Below are positions 20,013 to 29,597 of a stretch of DNA of 56,046 bases, one piece after another (the first letter of the stretch is position 1; each line of letters begins with the position of its first letter). This DNA comes from Candidatus Tayloriibacteriota bacterium (GTDB lineage Bacteria > Patescibacteriota > Minisyncoccia > Phycocordibacterales > SIBU01). Under the pieces are notes generated by a model. The model had not been told where the DNA came from and ran no database searches. It was given only the letters and a program-made list of their open reading frames with translations. Position numbers and translations under genes: made by a program. The stretch spans positions 1 through 56,046 of the forward strand of contig JACPHR010000007.1 in the NCBI GenBank assembly GCA_016188455.1, written 5' to 3'.

Positions 20013-20267
20013 TCAAGAAATATAACGCGCTCTATTTTTGCCATAGATTCGCAGCGCTTCTCTGATAGAAGAAGCTTTTATGGTTTTTCCGGAGCGGTAT
20101 TCTCTAATTCCCTCATTTACCAACGCATCTGCCTCTTCTGCTCGCTTGCCAGTAAGATAGTATGTCGGCACGGCTCTCGCCACAAGCTCCTCGTATTTTT
20201 TAACGGGAAGTATCACCACACCTTCCTCTTTGGCTATTCTGCTTTTTGAAACGGTTATCGTGTTCAT
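20013..20267 (-). CDS. Orphan antitoxin-like small protein
   Basis: VVILPVKKYEEL...EGIREYRSGKT pattern typical of type II antitoxins; no adjacent toxin seen. Confidence 0.55.
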   Translation of the reverse strand: MNTITVSKSRIAKEEGVVILPVKKYEELVARAVPTYYLTGKRAEEADALVNEGIREYRSGKTIKASSIREALRIYGKNRARYIS

Positions 20268-20410
20268 AAGGCAATATTACCACTTTTTAATTCCCGCCGC
20301 AAATTGCGTCCGGGATTATTTTATCCCATTCTCTTTCGCCCATTTTGCAGTAGTCTCAGCCCCTACTAGGAGTCGGAGCGGGGCCAATCTTCATTCCGCG
20401 AACTAAAAAA

Positions 20411-20584
20411 TCAGGAGGGTACGCCGTGGCTCAAACACCTGATACAGACCATTTGCTTTTCCCGAGTCTTGATGTACTTATTGCCGCAGGCGCACAAAAG
20501 CACCTCGCTTTGGCGCGGCCGCTCCACCCATTTTCCGGCCTGCTGGAAAGTTCTTTTGCCTACCGGTTTGAAATGGCCTTTCAT
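20411..20584 (-). CDS. 57-aa putative zinc-binding protein (below the ORF-track cutoff)
   Basis: Manual translation MKGHFKPVGKRTFQQAGKWVERPRQSEVLLCACGNKYIKTREKQMVCIRCLSHGVPS has CxC and CxxC. Confidence 0.65.
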   Translation of the reverse strand: MKGHFKPVGKRTFQQAGKWVERPRQSEVLLCACGNKYIKTREKQMVCIRCLSHGVPS

Positions 20585-20665
20585 AAAAATGCCGATAGCA
20601 TATAAGAAAACTAAATTTTTGTCAATAAAAAAGCTCGCGGGGCGAGCTTTTAACTTGAGATTCCT

Positions 20666-21082
20666 TCAGACATGATGCCTCGGTCTAATTTCATCAATGT
20701 AATGGAATCTTCTGCGCATCGGTTCTTCTGCTGGCGGCAAGAATTGGTGAGTGTTAAAAATATAGCCGCTATAACGCATCAGCGCGTTGTAATGCCTGGC
20801 AGATTCATTGCGCTGTTGTGCCAGCCGGAAATGATTCGCGGAGTGGCCGTGTTTGATTGCCTGATTACATTTCTTCACCTTATCGGCAAGCCGAAGCAAT
20901 TTTTTGTACTGACGGAGACACCGACCCTTAAGAACGAATCCTTCCGCTGTAACTAGCCAAAGATAAAAACAATACCGATGAGGACCAAACTTCCATCGCC
21001 AGTATAAATTATGGCGGAGGGAAACAACAAAGATGATGGCCATGATAATGCCGCAACATATGATATATTCAGAGACGGTCAT
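20666..21082 (-). CDS. Hypothetical membrane-anchored protein (weak LemA-like C-terminus)
   Basis: N-terminal TM; RNESARHYNALMR. GGAG RBS upstream. Confidence 0.5.
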   Translation of the reverse strand: MTVSEYIICCGIIMAIIFVVSLRHNLYWRWKFGPHRYCFYLWLVTAEGFVLKGRCLRQYKKLLRLADKVKKCNQAIKHGHSANHFRLAQQRNESARHYNALMRYSGYIFNTHQFLPPAEEPMRRRFHYIDEIRPRHHV

Positions 21083-21173
21083 TTTCGCGCTCCTTTCTTT
21101 TCTCTATTTTCTATTGAAAAGACTAGCGCGATTTAGGTCGATGTCAAGCCGTTCAGGTGGGAAAAGATGGCGA

Positions 21174-22133
21174 CTATTTAAGGCCGCATTTTGTCTTGAG
21201 CGCGGCCAGGTCAGAGGCCGTCAATTTTTCGTTGGCGCCTTGATTGAGTTCGTACATAATGGCTTTGGGGTCGGCGACATGTTCAAGGCCAAGCGCGTGG
21301 CCAAGCTCGTGCGCCAAAACCCGCAACAACTTTTCCCGGCTGCTGAACTCGTAAATATCAATCTCGGCGTTAAGCCCGTCGTTCTTGTAAACGCCCTCCT
21401 CAAACTCCTCGCCCCGCGCCAAGCTGACGGTATTGTATTTGTCAACTTTGATGTTAAGCGAGCCGGCGAGGCGGTTGAGGGCCTCTACAAGAGCGTTAAT
21501 TTGAGCGACATACTCATTAACGTTCGCCTGGAGCGCCCGCGCCTCACGGAGCGCCTCCTCCAGGGCCGCCCTCTCGGCCGAAAGGTCGGCGTACTCTTTT
21601 GGCGGCGCCCCGCCCCGCCCGTTCCAATAAGCCACCGCGCGGTCATAGGCTCCTTTTCTTTCCTCAAAGGCCGCCGAGCGCGCGCTATAATCCGCTTTGG
21701 CCTCCGCGTACTTTGCTTCAAGCTCGACGTACTTGGCCTTGAGAGCCTCATACGAAGCCTTGTCTTCTTTGACTGAGAGCCCTAAGTCCTTAAGCTTACT
21801 GGTGGCTTTTTGCCGGTAATCATAGGAGAGGTTGATTGCGAGCCATCCGTCCGGCCCGTAGGCAAAGAGGTCGCGGCCGACGGGCTTCTCCCATATTGCC
21901 TCGGCCTCTTTAACGACACTCAAGAAATTTACCTTGGAAAGGCCGAAGCGGCTGTCAAACGCGCCTAGTTTATAGGTCAGCGGTTTCTTACACGGCAGAT
22001 ACAAAGCTTCTATGTCGGCGAGCAGTTTGGCCAAACCGCTCTGGAGCGGCTGGCGCAATGCGTAGCCGCTATAGGCTAAGACGGCCAATGCCGCCCAGAT
22101 GATTACAACTTTAGAAAAATGCTTCATGGCCAC
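21174..22133 (-). CDS. Matrixin/M10-family zinc metalloprotease with coiled coil
   Basis: HELGHALGLEH and Met-turn AIMY. Confidence 0.85.
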   Translation of the reverse strand: MAMKHFSKVVIIWAALAVLAYSGYALRQPLQSGLAKLLADIEALYLPCKKPLTYKLGAFDSRFGLSKVNFLSVVKEAEAIWEKPVGRDLFAYGPDGWLAINLSYDYRQKATSKLKDLGLSVKEDKASYEALKAKYVELEAKYAEAKADYSARSAAFEERKGAYDRAVAYWNGRGGAPPKEYADLSAERAALEEALREARALQANVNEYVAQINALVEALNRLAGSLNIKVDKYNTVSLARGEEFEEGVYKNDGLNAEIDIYEFSSREKLLRVLAHELGHALGLEHVADPKAIMYELNQGANEKLTASDLAALKTKCGLK

Positions 22134-22235
22134 TCTTGGCTTTTATTTTACAACACTCCGAGAGTGTTGGACATGGGGCTTCACGTTGGGAGCCGTTGGT
22201 AGCTTGAAGCGGGCCTGAACTGCTATAATCTTGTC

Positions 22236-23522
22236 ATGGATTTATCAGTCAAGAGCCCGCCGCGGCCAAGCGGACCGGAAACATTCAAGCTCCACGGCTA
22301 CTACTTGGCGGTGGTGGCCACGAGTTTTCTGACGCTTCTCGCCTTGGCTTTTTTCATCAACGGTTTTCCCGATTATTTCCCGTGGATTCGCTACCGCCAG
22401 TTTTTGGTCTTCTCGCTCTTGGGCTTAGCCGGCAGTCAAGGTGTGCTTTTCATTCTTCAATCAATCTTTAAAAAGAAAATTCTTTTCACCTTTGACCGTT
22501 ACGCTTTTATCGTTTTCTTCTTTCTGGCCCTCTACGCCACCGGCGGGGCGGAAAGCCCTTTCACCTTCATTTTGATTTTTCCGCTTCTGGTTTCCGTCGT
22601 TGACCTTAACGCCCGGGCCACAAAGCAAGTGGGCGTCATTATCACGGCGGCGCTGGCGCTCTTAATTTTCGCCGACCCGCCCTACTGGCACGATGCCGAC
22701 CTTATTGCCAAACACGCCATCCGCGTCCTGCTCTACGGCTTGGTGGCTTTTTACTTGCATCGGATTGTCAAAGAAACCCTGCGGCAAAAATTCGAGAAAG
22801 AAGAAACCGCCCGCCGGTTCGTTGAACTGGCCGAGCTTGATAAATTAAAAACTGATTTTGTGGCAGTGGCGTCCCACCAGCTTCGCACCCCGCTTTCCGG
22901 CATCCGTTGGGGTCTGGAGAATATTTTAAACGAAGGTCTGGTCAAAGCGGAAGCCGTTCCAATGGTTGAGGAAATAGAGCAGCGCGCCGGCGCCGCCATC
23001 GGCATCGTCAACGAAATGCTCAATACGGCCGAGCAGGGTCTTGCGGCACTGCGAGAAGAAACGCGGCCCATCAATCTCACCGACCTCCTAAAAAACGCCC
23101 TAAGCGACCTCGCCTACGACATCAAACACAAGAAGGTGAAAGTGGAAACGGCGCTGGCCGGTCCCTGCTTGGTCCGCGGCGACCAGAAAAGCCTCAAGGC
23201 GGCCCTGACCAATATTTTGGACAACGCCGTCCGCTACGCCCCCGGCGGCACGGTCTCCTTGAAGCTCTCGCCTCACGGTTCGCAAGCGCTAGCCGTCATT
23301 AAAGACACGGGTATCGGCATCGCGCCTGAAGATTTGCCCTATGTTTCGGAACGTTTCTACCGCGGTAAAAATGCTTCCGCCCTTGAACCTAATGAGAGCG
23401 GGGTGGGGCTTTATATCGCCAAAAAAATCATTGAGCGGCACGGCGGCTCGGTTTCAATAGAATCCGCCCTCGGCGCCGGCACCACGGTTACCGTCAAACT
23501 GCCGCTCATGAAAAAGCAATAG
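22236..23522 (+). CDS. Membrane sensor histidine kinase (no adjacent response regulator)
   Basis: SHQLRTPL H-box, NILDNAVRY, DTGIGI and GVGLYIA. Confidence 0.92.
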   Translation: MDLSVKSPPRPSGPETFKLHGYYLAVVATSFLTLLALAFFINGFPDYFPWIRYRQFLVFSLLGLAGSQGVLFILQSIFKKKILFTFDRYAFIVFFFLALYATGGAESPFTFILIFPLLVSVVDLNARATKQVGVIITAALALLIFADPPYWHDADLIAKHAIRVLLYGLVAFYLHRIVKETLRQKFEKEETARRFVELAELDKLKTDFVAVASHQLRTPLSGIRWGLENILNEGLVKAEAVPMVEEIEQRAGAAIGIVNEMLNTAEQGLAALREETRPINLTDLLKNALSDLAYDIKHKKVKVETALAGPCLVRGDQKSLKAALTNILDNAVRYAPGGTVSLKLSPHGSQALAVIKDTGIGIAPEDLPYVSERFYRGKNASALEPNESGVGLYIAKKIIERHGGSVSIESALGAGTTVTVKLPLMKKQ

Positions 23523-23711
23523 CGCTTCATGCTCCAATCTTTCTTTCTTGCCCGCCGAAGCTTTATGCAAAACTCGGGTTTGCAGTCATTTTCAAGATTG
23601 CCGCACGTTTTTTGTCTGCCATCAAAGTCGCATTAACATACCGCGCGTTTAATTCGCCCTCGGTTCAAAACTTGAATAAATAAGAATTTTCCAGTATCTT
23701 AGAGGCTACTT

Positions 23712-23785
23712 TGCGGGATCGTCTAAAGGTAGGACGTCGCTCTCTGAAAGCGAAAATTTTGGTTCGATTCCAAGTCCCGCAGCCA
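23712..23785 (+). tRNA. tRNA-Gln(CTG)
   Basis: TGCGGGA/TCCCGCA acceptor stem, TCGCT-CTCTGAA-AGCGA anticodon arm, GGTTCGATTCC, CCA. Confidence 0.92.
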
Positions 23786-23933
23786 AAAGCCGAAGGGGTT
23801 TTGGTGCGGGAGGGAAACGACAAACTCGCTTCCGGCTTGGAATCAAAGCTTCGTTGAACATACAATTCGAGTCCTGAAGAATTGTACCCAACGAGGGTAC
23901 TGAAACTGTAAGTTTCGATAAGCGTATTCGCGG

Positions 23934-23948
23934 TCCAAGTCCCGCAGC
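23934..23948 (+). repeat. Direct repeat of the tRNA-Gln 3' end (att-like)
   Basis: tccaagtcccgcagc is identical to 23769-23783. Confidence 0.75.
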
Positions 23949-23996
23949 AAGCATTGCTAGTTATATGTTTTCTTGTTATAAAATAAGCACTTCCTT

Positions 23997-24902
23997 ATGA
24001 AACCCAAAACCCTAATTTCGCTCGGGCTTGCTCTCGCCTTCTCTGCCAGCCTCGCGGGCACTTTAGCCCACGCCCAGGCAGCGACGTACAGCGCGCCCGC
24101 CGACGACTCCACCCAAGACTTGCATATTGACAAAGACGGCAACATCAGCGTCCGCCAGGCCAAAGTGATGCAAATTACCGGCACCAGTTTTTACGTCCGC
24201 TATTACGTCGGGCTGGCATTCCTGCGGATATTGGTCAAGACTGACGCTGCCACCAAGGTGTTCCGGCGCTTCGGCGACGAGATAGACCTAGGCCAGATTG
24301 CCACGGGTGACACCTTGAACATAGAAGGCAAAATTGAAAGCGGCGCCGACAGCCTCAGCGTCATGGCCGGCAAGCTTACCGATTTCTCAAACCAAAAAGA
24401 AATCACCAACTTTCAAGGCACCATCGCCGGCACGGGCCCGACAACGGGCAGTTTTATCCTGACAACAAAAAATAATACCATTACCATACAGACCGGTACG
24501 ACCACCCAAATCAGAAAAGGCAGCCGAATTATCGGCCTTGACCTCGTCCGCTCCGGCGATACGGTCCTTGACGTGGTGGGCACCTACGACCATACGACCA
24601 AAACCATTGACGCCAATGTGGTGCTGATTTACATAGACAAGACAATTTTCCAGCCGCGCAATTTCCAAGGGACACTCAAGTCCATGAGCGCCGGCAATCC
24701 TCCCGTCCTGACTTTCAGCGCCGAAGGCAAGGATTACACGGTAACCCTTTTAAACGGCGCCGCCGTGCTCAACAAGCGAAGGCAGGCGGTCTCTCTGAAA
24801 CGCTACCTTGAAGGCGACGCCATCAGGGTTTATGGCGCCATCCGCGAGGCGGAGGAGCCGATTATTGACGTGGAGGTCATTCGCAACCTGAGCTTGCAGT
24901 AA
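23997..24902 (+). CDS. Secreted beta-rich repeat protein (DUF5666-like)
   Basis: Signal peptide; three repeats ending GD.(L/V/I)..G. Confidence 0.65.
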   Translation: MKPKTLISLGLALAFSASLAGTLAHAQAATYSAPADDSTQDLHIDKDGNISVRQAKVMQITGTSFYVRYYVGLAFLRILVKTDAATKVFRRFGDEIDLGQIATGDTLNIEGKIESGADSLSVMAGKLTDFSNQKEITNFQGTIAGTGPTTGSFILTTKNNTITIQTGTTTQIRKGSRIIGLDLVRSGDTVLDVVGTYDHTTKTIDANVVLIYIDKTIFQPRNFQGTLKSMSAGNPPVLTFSAEGKDYTVTLLNGAAVLNKRRQAVSLKRYLEGDAIRVYGAIREAEEPIIDVEVIRNLSLQ

Positions 24903-24959
24903 ATTGCCAAACAGCGCCGGTCTTGGCCCCGTACCGGCCAAATGTTTTTAACTTCCCCC

Positions 24960-24989
24960 TATTGTCTAATTCTCACGAATTAGACAATA
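24960..24989. repeat. Palindrome downstream of the ArsR gene
   Basis: tattgtctaattc-tcac-gaattagacaata. Confidence 0.85.
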
Positions 24990-25049
24990 GTTTCATAACG
25001 GGAGAGGAAAGGAAAAAGATAGGAAAAAAGAGAACGCGGAAATTGAAAT

Positions 25050-25319
25050 TTAAAGCATGGAAACTGCCGGCCGGGCAAGCGCGGGCAGCTCGGAAGCAAT
25101 CTCGTAATAAACTTCCAAACTGATTTGTTCCCTGTCAACGATACGGGCGGAGGCCAACACCGCCAAGTGCCGCGAAGTGGATTTGAAGGACAGTTTTATC
25201 TGCCCCGCAATCTCTCCGACTGTAAGGTCTTTCTTCCGCTTCAGGGCGCGCAAAATCTCCAAACGCCGATAGTTCGCCAAGGCTTTGAACACATTCGCCA
25301 TCTCTTTGGTTTTTATCAT
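25050..25319 (-). CDS. ArsR/SmtB family transcriptional regulator
   Basis: FKALANYRRLEIL...TVGEIA...STSRHLAVL. Confidence 0.9.
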   Translation of the reverse strand: MIKTKEMANVFKALANYRRLEILRALKRKKDLTVGEIAGQIKLSFKSTSRHLAVLASARIVDREQISLEVYYEIASELPALARPAVSML

Positions 25320-25333
25320 CTAAATTTATCCCG

Positions 25334-25371
25334 CTATTATTGTCTAATTCGTGAGAATTAGACAATAATAG
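25334..25371. promoter_or_regulatory. Palindrome upstream of the ArsR gene (operator-like)
   Basis: ctattattgtctaattc-gtga-gaattagacaataatag; inverted copy of 24960-24989. Confidence 0.75.
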
Positions 25372-25403
25372 CACACGCTAAAGCAAAAGGTAATCGCCCA
25401 CCG

Positions 25404-26279
25404 CTAACCTGTAATCACCGCGAGTGCGACCGCCGCGCCAACAGCTACTACCAAACCGATTTTCTGATGGATATCAAGCCGTTCACGATTGACGGCAAGT
25501 CCAAGGAGCACCGCGATGACAATGTAACTTTCCGAAAGGGCGACGGCAATAGAAATCGGCGCCGCTACCATGGCGAAAGCGAAAGCGACCCACGCCGCTT
25601 TGTCGGCAACCGACATCTGCAAAAGCACCGGAAGATTTCCACGAATATCGCGAAGGGTTTTACCGACTCCGCCCTGATAGATAATCATACATCCGGTCAC
25701 GAGAGCAATAAAAACATCTGAAATGAAATTCGCCATAATGGGGTCTGAAAGTCTGGAGCTTAATCCCATGAAAAAGTTCGCCGCGCCCATCATGACCGCC
25801 CCGAGAAAAGCGATAAGAATGCCTTTTTCGAAAATAAACCTGTGAAGTTTGAAATTACCTTTAAGAGAAACCAGCGCGAGTCCCAACAGGAGAAACACAA
25901 TAAGAGCTATGGCAATGCCGCCAATCCTCTCGCCAAGCAGGAAAAACGCGATAAGCCCGGCCACCGGCACTTCAAAGGACCATATGGGTTCCACCACGGC
26001 GAGCTTCCCCACCCTAAGGGCTTCAAAATCAAGAAAGGCGGCTATGAGAAGCGTCACGCAAAGCACCCCCACAACCAAAAGAGTCTGCGCCGGCGCGTTC
26101 ATAAATTCCCAGAGTCTAGGATAGGCAAAAGGCGCGAGAACGAAAGCGCCAAAAAAAGTAATGAAGAAAAGCGCCTCCAAATCGCCCACCTTGCGCGCGG
26201 ATTTTTGAATCCAAAAATCGCCGATGCCCCACGAAAGCATGGCCACAAACGCCAAGCCTATTCCAACACTTACAGACAT
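25404..26279 (-). CDS. DMT/EamA family transporter
   Basis: About 10 TM segments, two repeats ending LGER and NRERL. Confidence 0.85.
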   Translation of the reverse strand: MSVSVGIGLAFVAMLSWGIGDFWIQKSARKVGDLEALFFITFFGAFVLAPFAYPRLWEFMNAPAQTLLVVGVLCVTLLIAAFLDFEALRVGKLAVVEPIWSFEVPVAGLIAFFLLGERIGGIAIALIVFLLLGLALVSLKGNFKLHRFIFEKGILIAFLGAVMMGAANFFMGLSSRLSDPIMANFISDVFIALVTGCMIIYQGGVGKTLRDIRGNLPVLLQMSVADKAAWVAFAFAMVAAPISIAVALSESYIVIAVLLGLAVNRERLDIHQKIGLVVAVGAAVALAVITG

Positions 26280-26341
26280 GTGATTTAACTACATTCTGGT
26301 GTTCTCAAGAACATCAGAATATCGCTTGAATGGAGTAAATT

Positions 26342-28066
26342 TTATCTTTTCTTGCCTCGCTCCGCCGCCGCTTTGAGAAAGGCCGTGAATAAGTGGTGCG
26401 GGGCAAGGGGGCGAGCCTGCAGTTCGGGATGAAATTGGGTGCCCAGGAAAAACGGATGCGCCCTGCGGGGCAGTTCGGCGATTTCCATCAGCACCCCGTC
26501 CGGGGACGCGCCGGAAAAAATCAGGCCAGCTTTTTCAAGCGCCGCGATGTATTCGGGGTTAACTTCATAGCGGTGGCGGTGACGTTCGCTAATCAGTTTA
26601 TAGTTTTCAGTTTTTAGTTTATAGTTTCCTGATTTAGAACCGACATAGGCTTTGAAGGCAGCAGTCCCGGGCTTTAAAACGCACGGATACGCGCCGAGCC
26701 GCATGGTGGCGCCGTACTTGCCCGCCGCCATGTGCTTTTTCTGCTCGGGCATGATGTCAATGACCGGATATGGTGTCTCTTTGTTTATTTCCGTGGTATT
26801 GGCGTCTTTGAGTCCCGCGACGTGGCGGGCAAACTCAACGACGGCAAGCTGCATACCGTAACAGAGCCCGAAGTAGGGAATTTTATTTTCGCGGGCGAAT
26901 TGGATCACTTTTATCTTGCCCTCAATGCCCGTCTCGCCGAATCCTCCCGGCACGATAACACCGTCAAAATCACGGAGTGTGGCAACCTCTTTCGCCATCG
27001 CCTTGCCCGATCCGTCATCGGATTTAGGGTCGAAATCCTTGGCATTGAGCCAGGCTAAGGCGGGCTTTCTTCCTAGGGCATAGGCCGAATGCTTAATGGC
27101 TTCAATTACTGAAATATAAGCATCCGAGAGAATGAAATCGCCGGTGTCAAAATATTTGCCGATGACGGCAATTTTCACCTCCTCCTTGGCGCTCTGGGCG
27201 CGGCTGACAAATTTCTTCCATTTCTCCAGACCATCGCGACGGCGGCGAGTTTTCAGGGAAAGCGCTTGGAGCAAAAGATTGCCGAGATTTTCTTTTTCAA
27301 AATTAAGCGGCACTTCGTAAATACTTTCAATGTCCGGCGCGGAGATGACGCGCTCCGCCTCCACATTGCACCAAACCGCCAGTTTCTCTTTCCGTTTCCC
27401 GTCAAGCGCCACCGGCCCGCGGGCGATAATGAAATCAGGCTGAATGCCGTAGGAATTGAGTTGATGCACCGCGGTCTGGGTTGGTTTGGTTTTCATTTCC
27501 CCTATGGTGCCGGGCACGGGAAGATAGGACACCAGCACAAAAACCACGTCCGCCGGCTGGCGCAAGCGAAGCACCCGCGCCGCCTCAATGAAAAGGAAGT
27601 TTTGGTAATCGCCGACGGTACCGCCGATTTCAATGACAGAGATGTCTGACTGGCTGACTTCGGCGGCGCGCAGAAATCGCCCCCGTATCTCATCCGTCAC
27701 ATGCGGAATGGCTTCCACAAATTTGCCCTTGTAACCGAGAGCGCGCTCTTTCTCAATGACATGCTGATACACCATGCCGCTCGTCATGTAATCCTCCGGC
27801 AATAAGTCGCGGCCGAGAAACCGCTCATAATTGCCCATGTCCTGGTCGGTCTCAAGTCCTGAATTCAAAACAAAAACCTCGCCGTGCTCGGTGGGGTTCA
27901 TGGTGCCGGCGTCCACGTTGAGATACGGGTCTATCTTCATGAGGCTGACCGAAAAACCTTTGGCCTGCAAAATGGTGCCGATGGAAGAGGTGGCGATGCC
28001 CTTACCGACACCGGACATCACGCCGCCGATGACGAAGATGTACTTATGTCGCTTCGCTCCGCTCAT
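26342..28066 (-). CDS. pyrG: CTP synthase
   Basis: GGVMSGVGKG, DPYLNVDAGTMNP, KTKPTQ, GLCYGMQ, RHRHRYE and QFHPE. Confidence 0.97.
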   Translation of the reverse strand: MSGAKRHKYIFVIGGVMSGVGKGIATSSIGTILQAKGFSVSLMKIDPYLNVDAGTMNPTEHGEVFVLNSGLETDQDMGNYERFLGRDLLPEDYMTSGMVYQHVIEKERALGYKGKFVEAIPHVTDEIRGRFLRAAEVSQSDISVIEIGGTVGDYQNFLFIEAARVLRLRQPADVVFVLVSYLPVPGTIGEMKTKPTQTAVHQLNSYGIQPDFIIARGPVALDGKRKEKLAVWCNVEAERVISAPDIESIYEVPLNFEKENLGNLLLQALSLKTRRRRDGLEKWKKFVSRAQSAKEEVKIAVIGKYFDTGDFILSDAYISVIEAIKHSAYALGRKPALAWLNAKDFDPKSDDGSGKAMAKEVATLRDFDGVIVPGGFGETGIEGKIKVIQFARENKIPYFGLCYGMQLAVVEFARHVAGLKDANTTEINKETPYPVIDIMPEQKKHMAAGKYGATMRLGAYPCVLKPGTAAFKAYVGSKSGNYKLKTENYKLISERHRHRYEVNPEYIAALEKAGLIFSGASPDGVLMEIAELPRRAHPFFLGTQFHPELQARPLAPHHLFTAFLKAAAERGKKR

Positions 28067-28091
28067 AACTAATGACTTATAACTGAATAAC

Positions 28092-28460
28092 TTATAACTT
28101 ATCAGAACGAATCCTTTTCTTAAAACCTCCTAACTGGTCCGAAATACTCAGAGTTAATTTCTCGATCTCTGAAAAAACAGTTTGATCGACTAATTGACAT
28201 TCCAAGAGCACATCAACAGCCGCGAACGCTTCGAACAGAGAACCGAGAGCTATGTCAATAAAACGATTTAATTCGGCATCAGAATGTTTTCCGCTTCCTT
28301 CAGCAATGTTAAGCGCGACAGAAAGTCCAGCACGAATGATTTGACTCCCGATTTCAAACCGGTATTCCCTAGGGAGCTTCTTAACTACCGATAACAAAAG
28401 AACAAACAATCGCTTCGAATCTTTATAAACCTGCCACTCACGAAATCGAAATTTATTCAT
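28092..28460 (-). CDS. Four-helix bundle (23S rRNA IVP family) protein
   Basis: FREWQVY...QIIRAGLSVALNIAEGSG...IALGSLFE. Confidence 0.88.
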   Translation of the reverse strand: MNKFRFREWQVYKDSKRLFVLLLSVVKKLPREYRFEIGSQIIRAGLSVALNIAEGSGKHSDAELNRFIDIALGSLFEAFAAVDVLLECQLVDQTVFSEIEKLTLSISDQLGGFKKRIRSDKL

Positions 28461-28495
28461 TCTGGTTATTCAGTAATTCAGTTATGCGTCATAGG

Positions 28496-29422
28496 TTATA
28501 TGGTGAGGTAGCGTCTCACCGCCAAGTAGCTTGAAACCGCGCCCAGAAAAACTCCCGAACCTATAATGATACCGAAGAATTCGCCGAAATTCGCGATGTA
28601 ATAATGATAGACATTGATGCCGCTGAAGAAACCCGCCGTGGCCTCGCCGAGCCAGTAGGTCAAGGGGTAAAAAACCGCCAGCGTCAGTACGCCAGCCACC
28701 ACGCCGTACATGGTGCCGGAAATCATAAACGGCCAGCGGATGTATTTATTGGAAGCGCCGACCAGCCTCATAACCGAAATTTCCTCGCGGGCGGTGTAAA
28801 TGGCCAATCTGATGGTATTAAAGACAATCATAATGGAAATAATCACCAACACGATGGTCGCCGCCAGCCCAAGTTTTTGGGCCGAATTAATAATTTTGGA
28901 GAGTACCGTGATGGCCGTCTTATTGTCGTCATAGTTGACCTTTCTGACGATAACCTGCTGGTCTTTGGAAAGGGCGTCGTCGCTTTTGAGAAAATGGGCG
29001 ATGGCTTCGTATTGGCCGGGGTCTTTGGCGACAATATTGAGCACCGCGCTTAGGGGATTGTCGGGAACTTCTTCCAGCGCCTCTAGTATCGGCGCGTCAT
29101 TCTCGTGCCGCTTTTTGAAATTCTCCAAGGCCTGCGAGCGCGACAGGTACTCCACGCTCTCGACCTCCGGCAGAGACCGCAGGGAGGCCTGAAGCGCCAG
29201 GATTTCCTGCTCGGCAGCGGTGGTCGTCAAATAGACGTTGACGTCAACCTTGCTCTTGAGGTCGCTGAGCGAGGCGTCAAGCGTGGCCAAAAGAAAAATA
29301 ACGGAGCCGATGACGAATAAGGTCACCGCCATGACCAAGACCGAGGCGAGCGACACAAAGCCGTTGCGCCAAAAACTGACGAACCCCGCTTTTATTACCC
29401 TCTTAATGTTTATCCAAAACAT
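28496..29422 (-). CDS. ftsX: Cell division permease-like protein FtsX
   Basis: FWRNG, NPL, NTIRLAIYTAREEISVMRLVGASNKYIRWPF. Confidence 0.92.
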   Translation of the reverse strand: MFWINIKRVIKAGFVSFWRNGFVSLASVLVMAVTLFVIGSVIFLLATLDASLSDLKSKVDVNVYLTTTAAEQEILALQASLRSLPEVESVEYLSRSQALENFKKRHENDAPILEALEEVPDNPLSAVLNIVAKDPGQYEAIAHFLKSDDALSKDQQVIVRKVNYDDNKTAITVLSKIINSAQKLGLAATIVLVIISIMIVFNTIRLAIYTAREEISVMRLVGASNKYIRWPFMISGTMYGVVAGVLTLAVFYPLTYWLGEATAGFFSGINVYHYYIANFGEFFGIIIGSGVFLGAVSSYLAVRRYLTI

Positions 29423-29433
29423 ATCACTAGTAT

Positions 29434-29593
29434 AAATCACAAACCACAAATTCCAAACTACAAACTACAAACAAATTACAAATTAAAAATTCTAAAGGTA
29501 AACTGTGGGATTATTTGAATTTTGGTCATTGGTATTGTTTGTGCTTTGCCTGCCCGCCGATTGGCAGGCGGGGTGCTTGGGATTTAGTGCTTG
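29434..29593. repeat. Inverted heptamer arrays with no gene between them, containing a REP-like insert
   Basis: aaa(t/c)(c/t)ac-type heptamers at 29434-29495 and their complement at about 29513-29593; cctgcccgccgattggcaggcggg at about 29549-29572. Confidence 0.65.
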
Positions 29594-29597
29594 AAGT

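Noticed and set aside
21033-21776. Long antisense ORFs (also 19056-19802, 9566-10213, 48700-49287)
   Set aside because: They shadow well-supported genes on the opposite strand and have no recognisable motifs.
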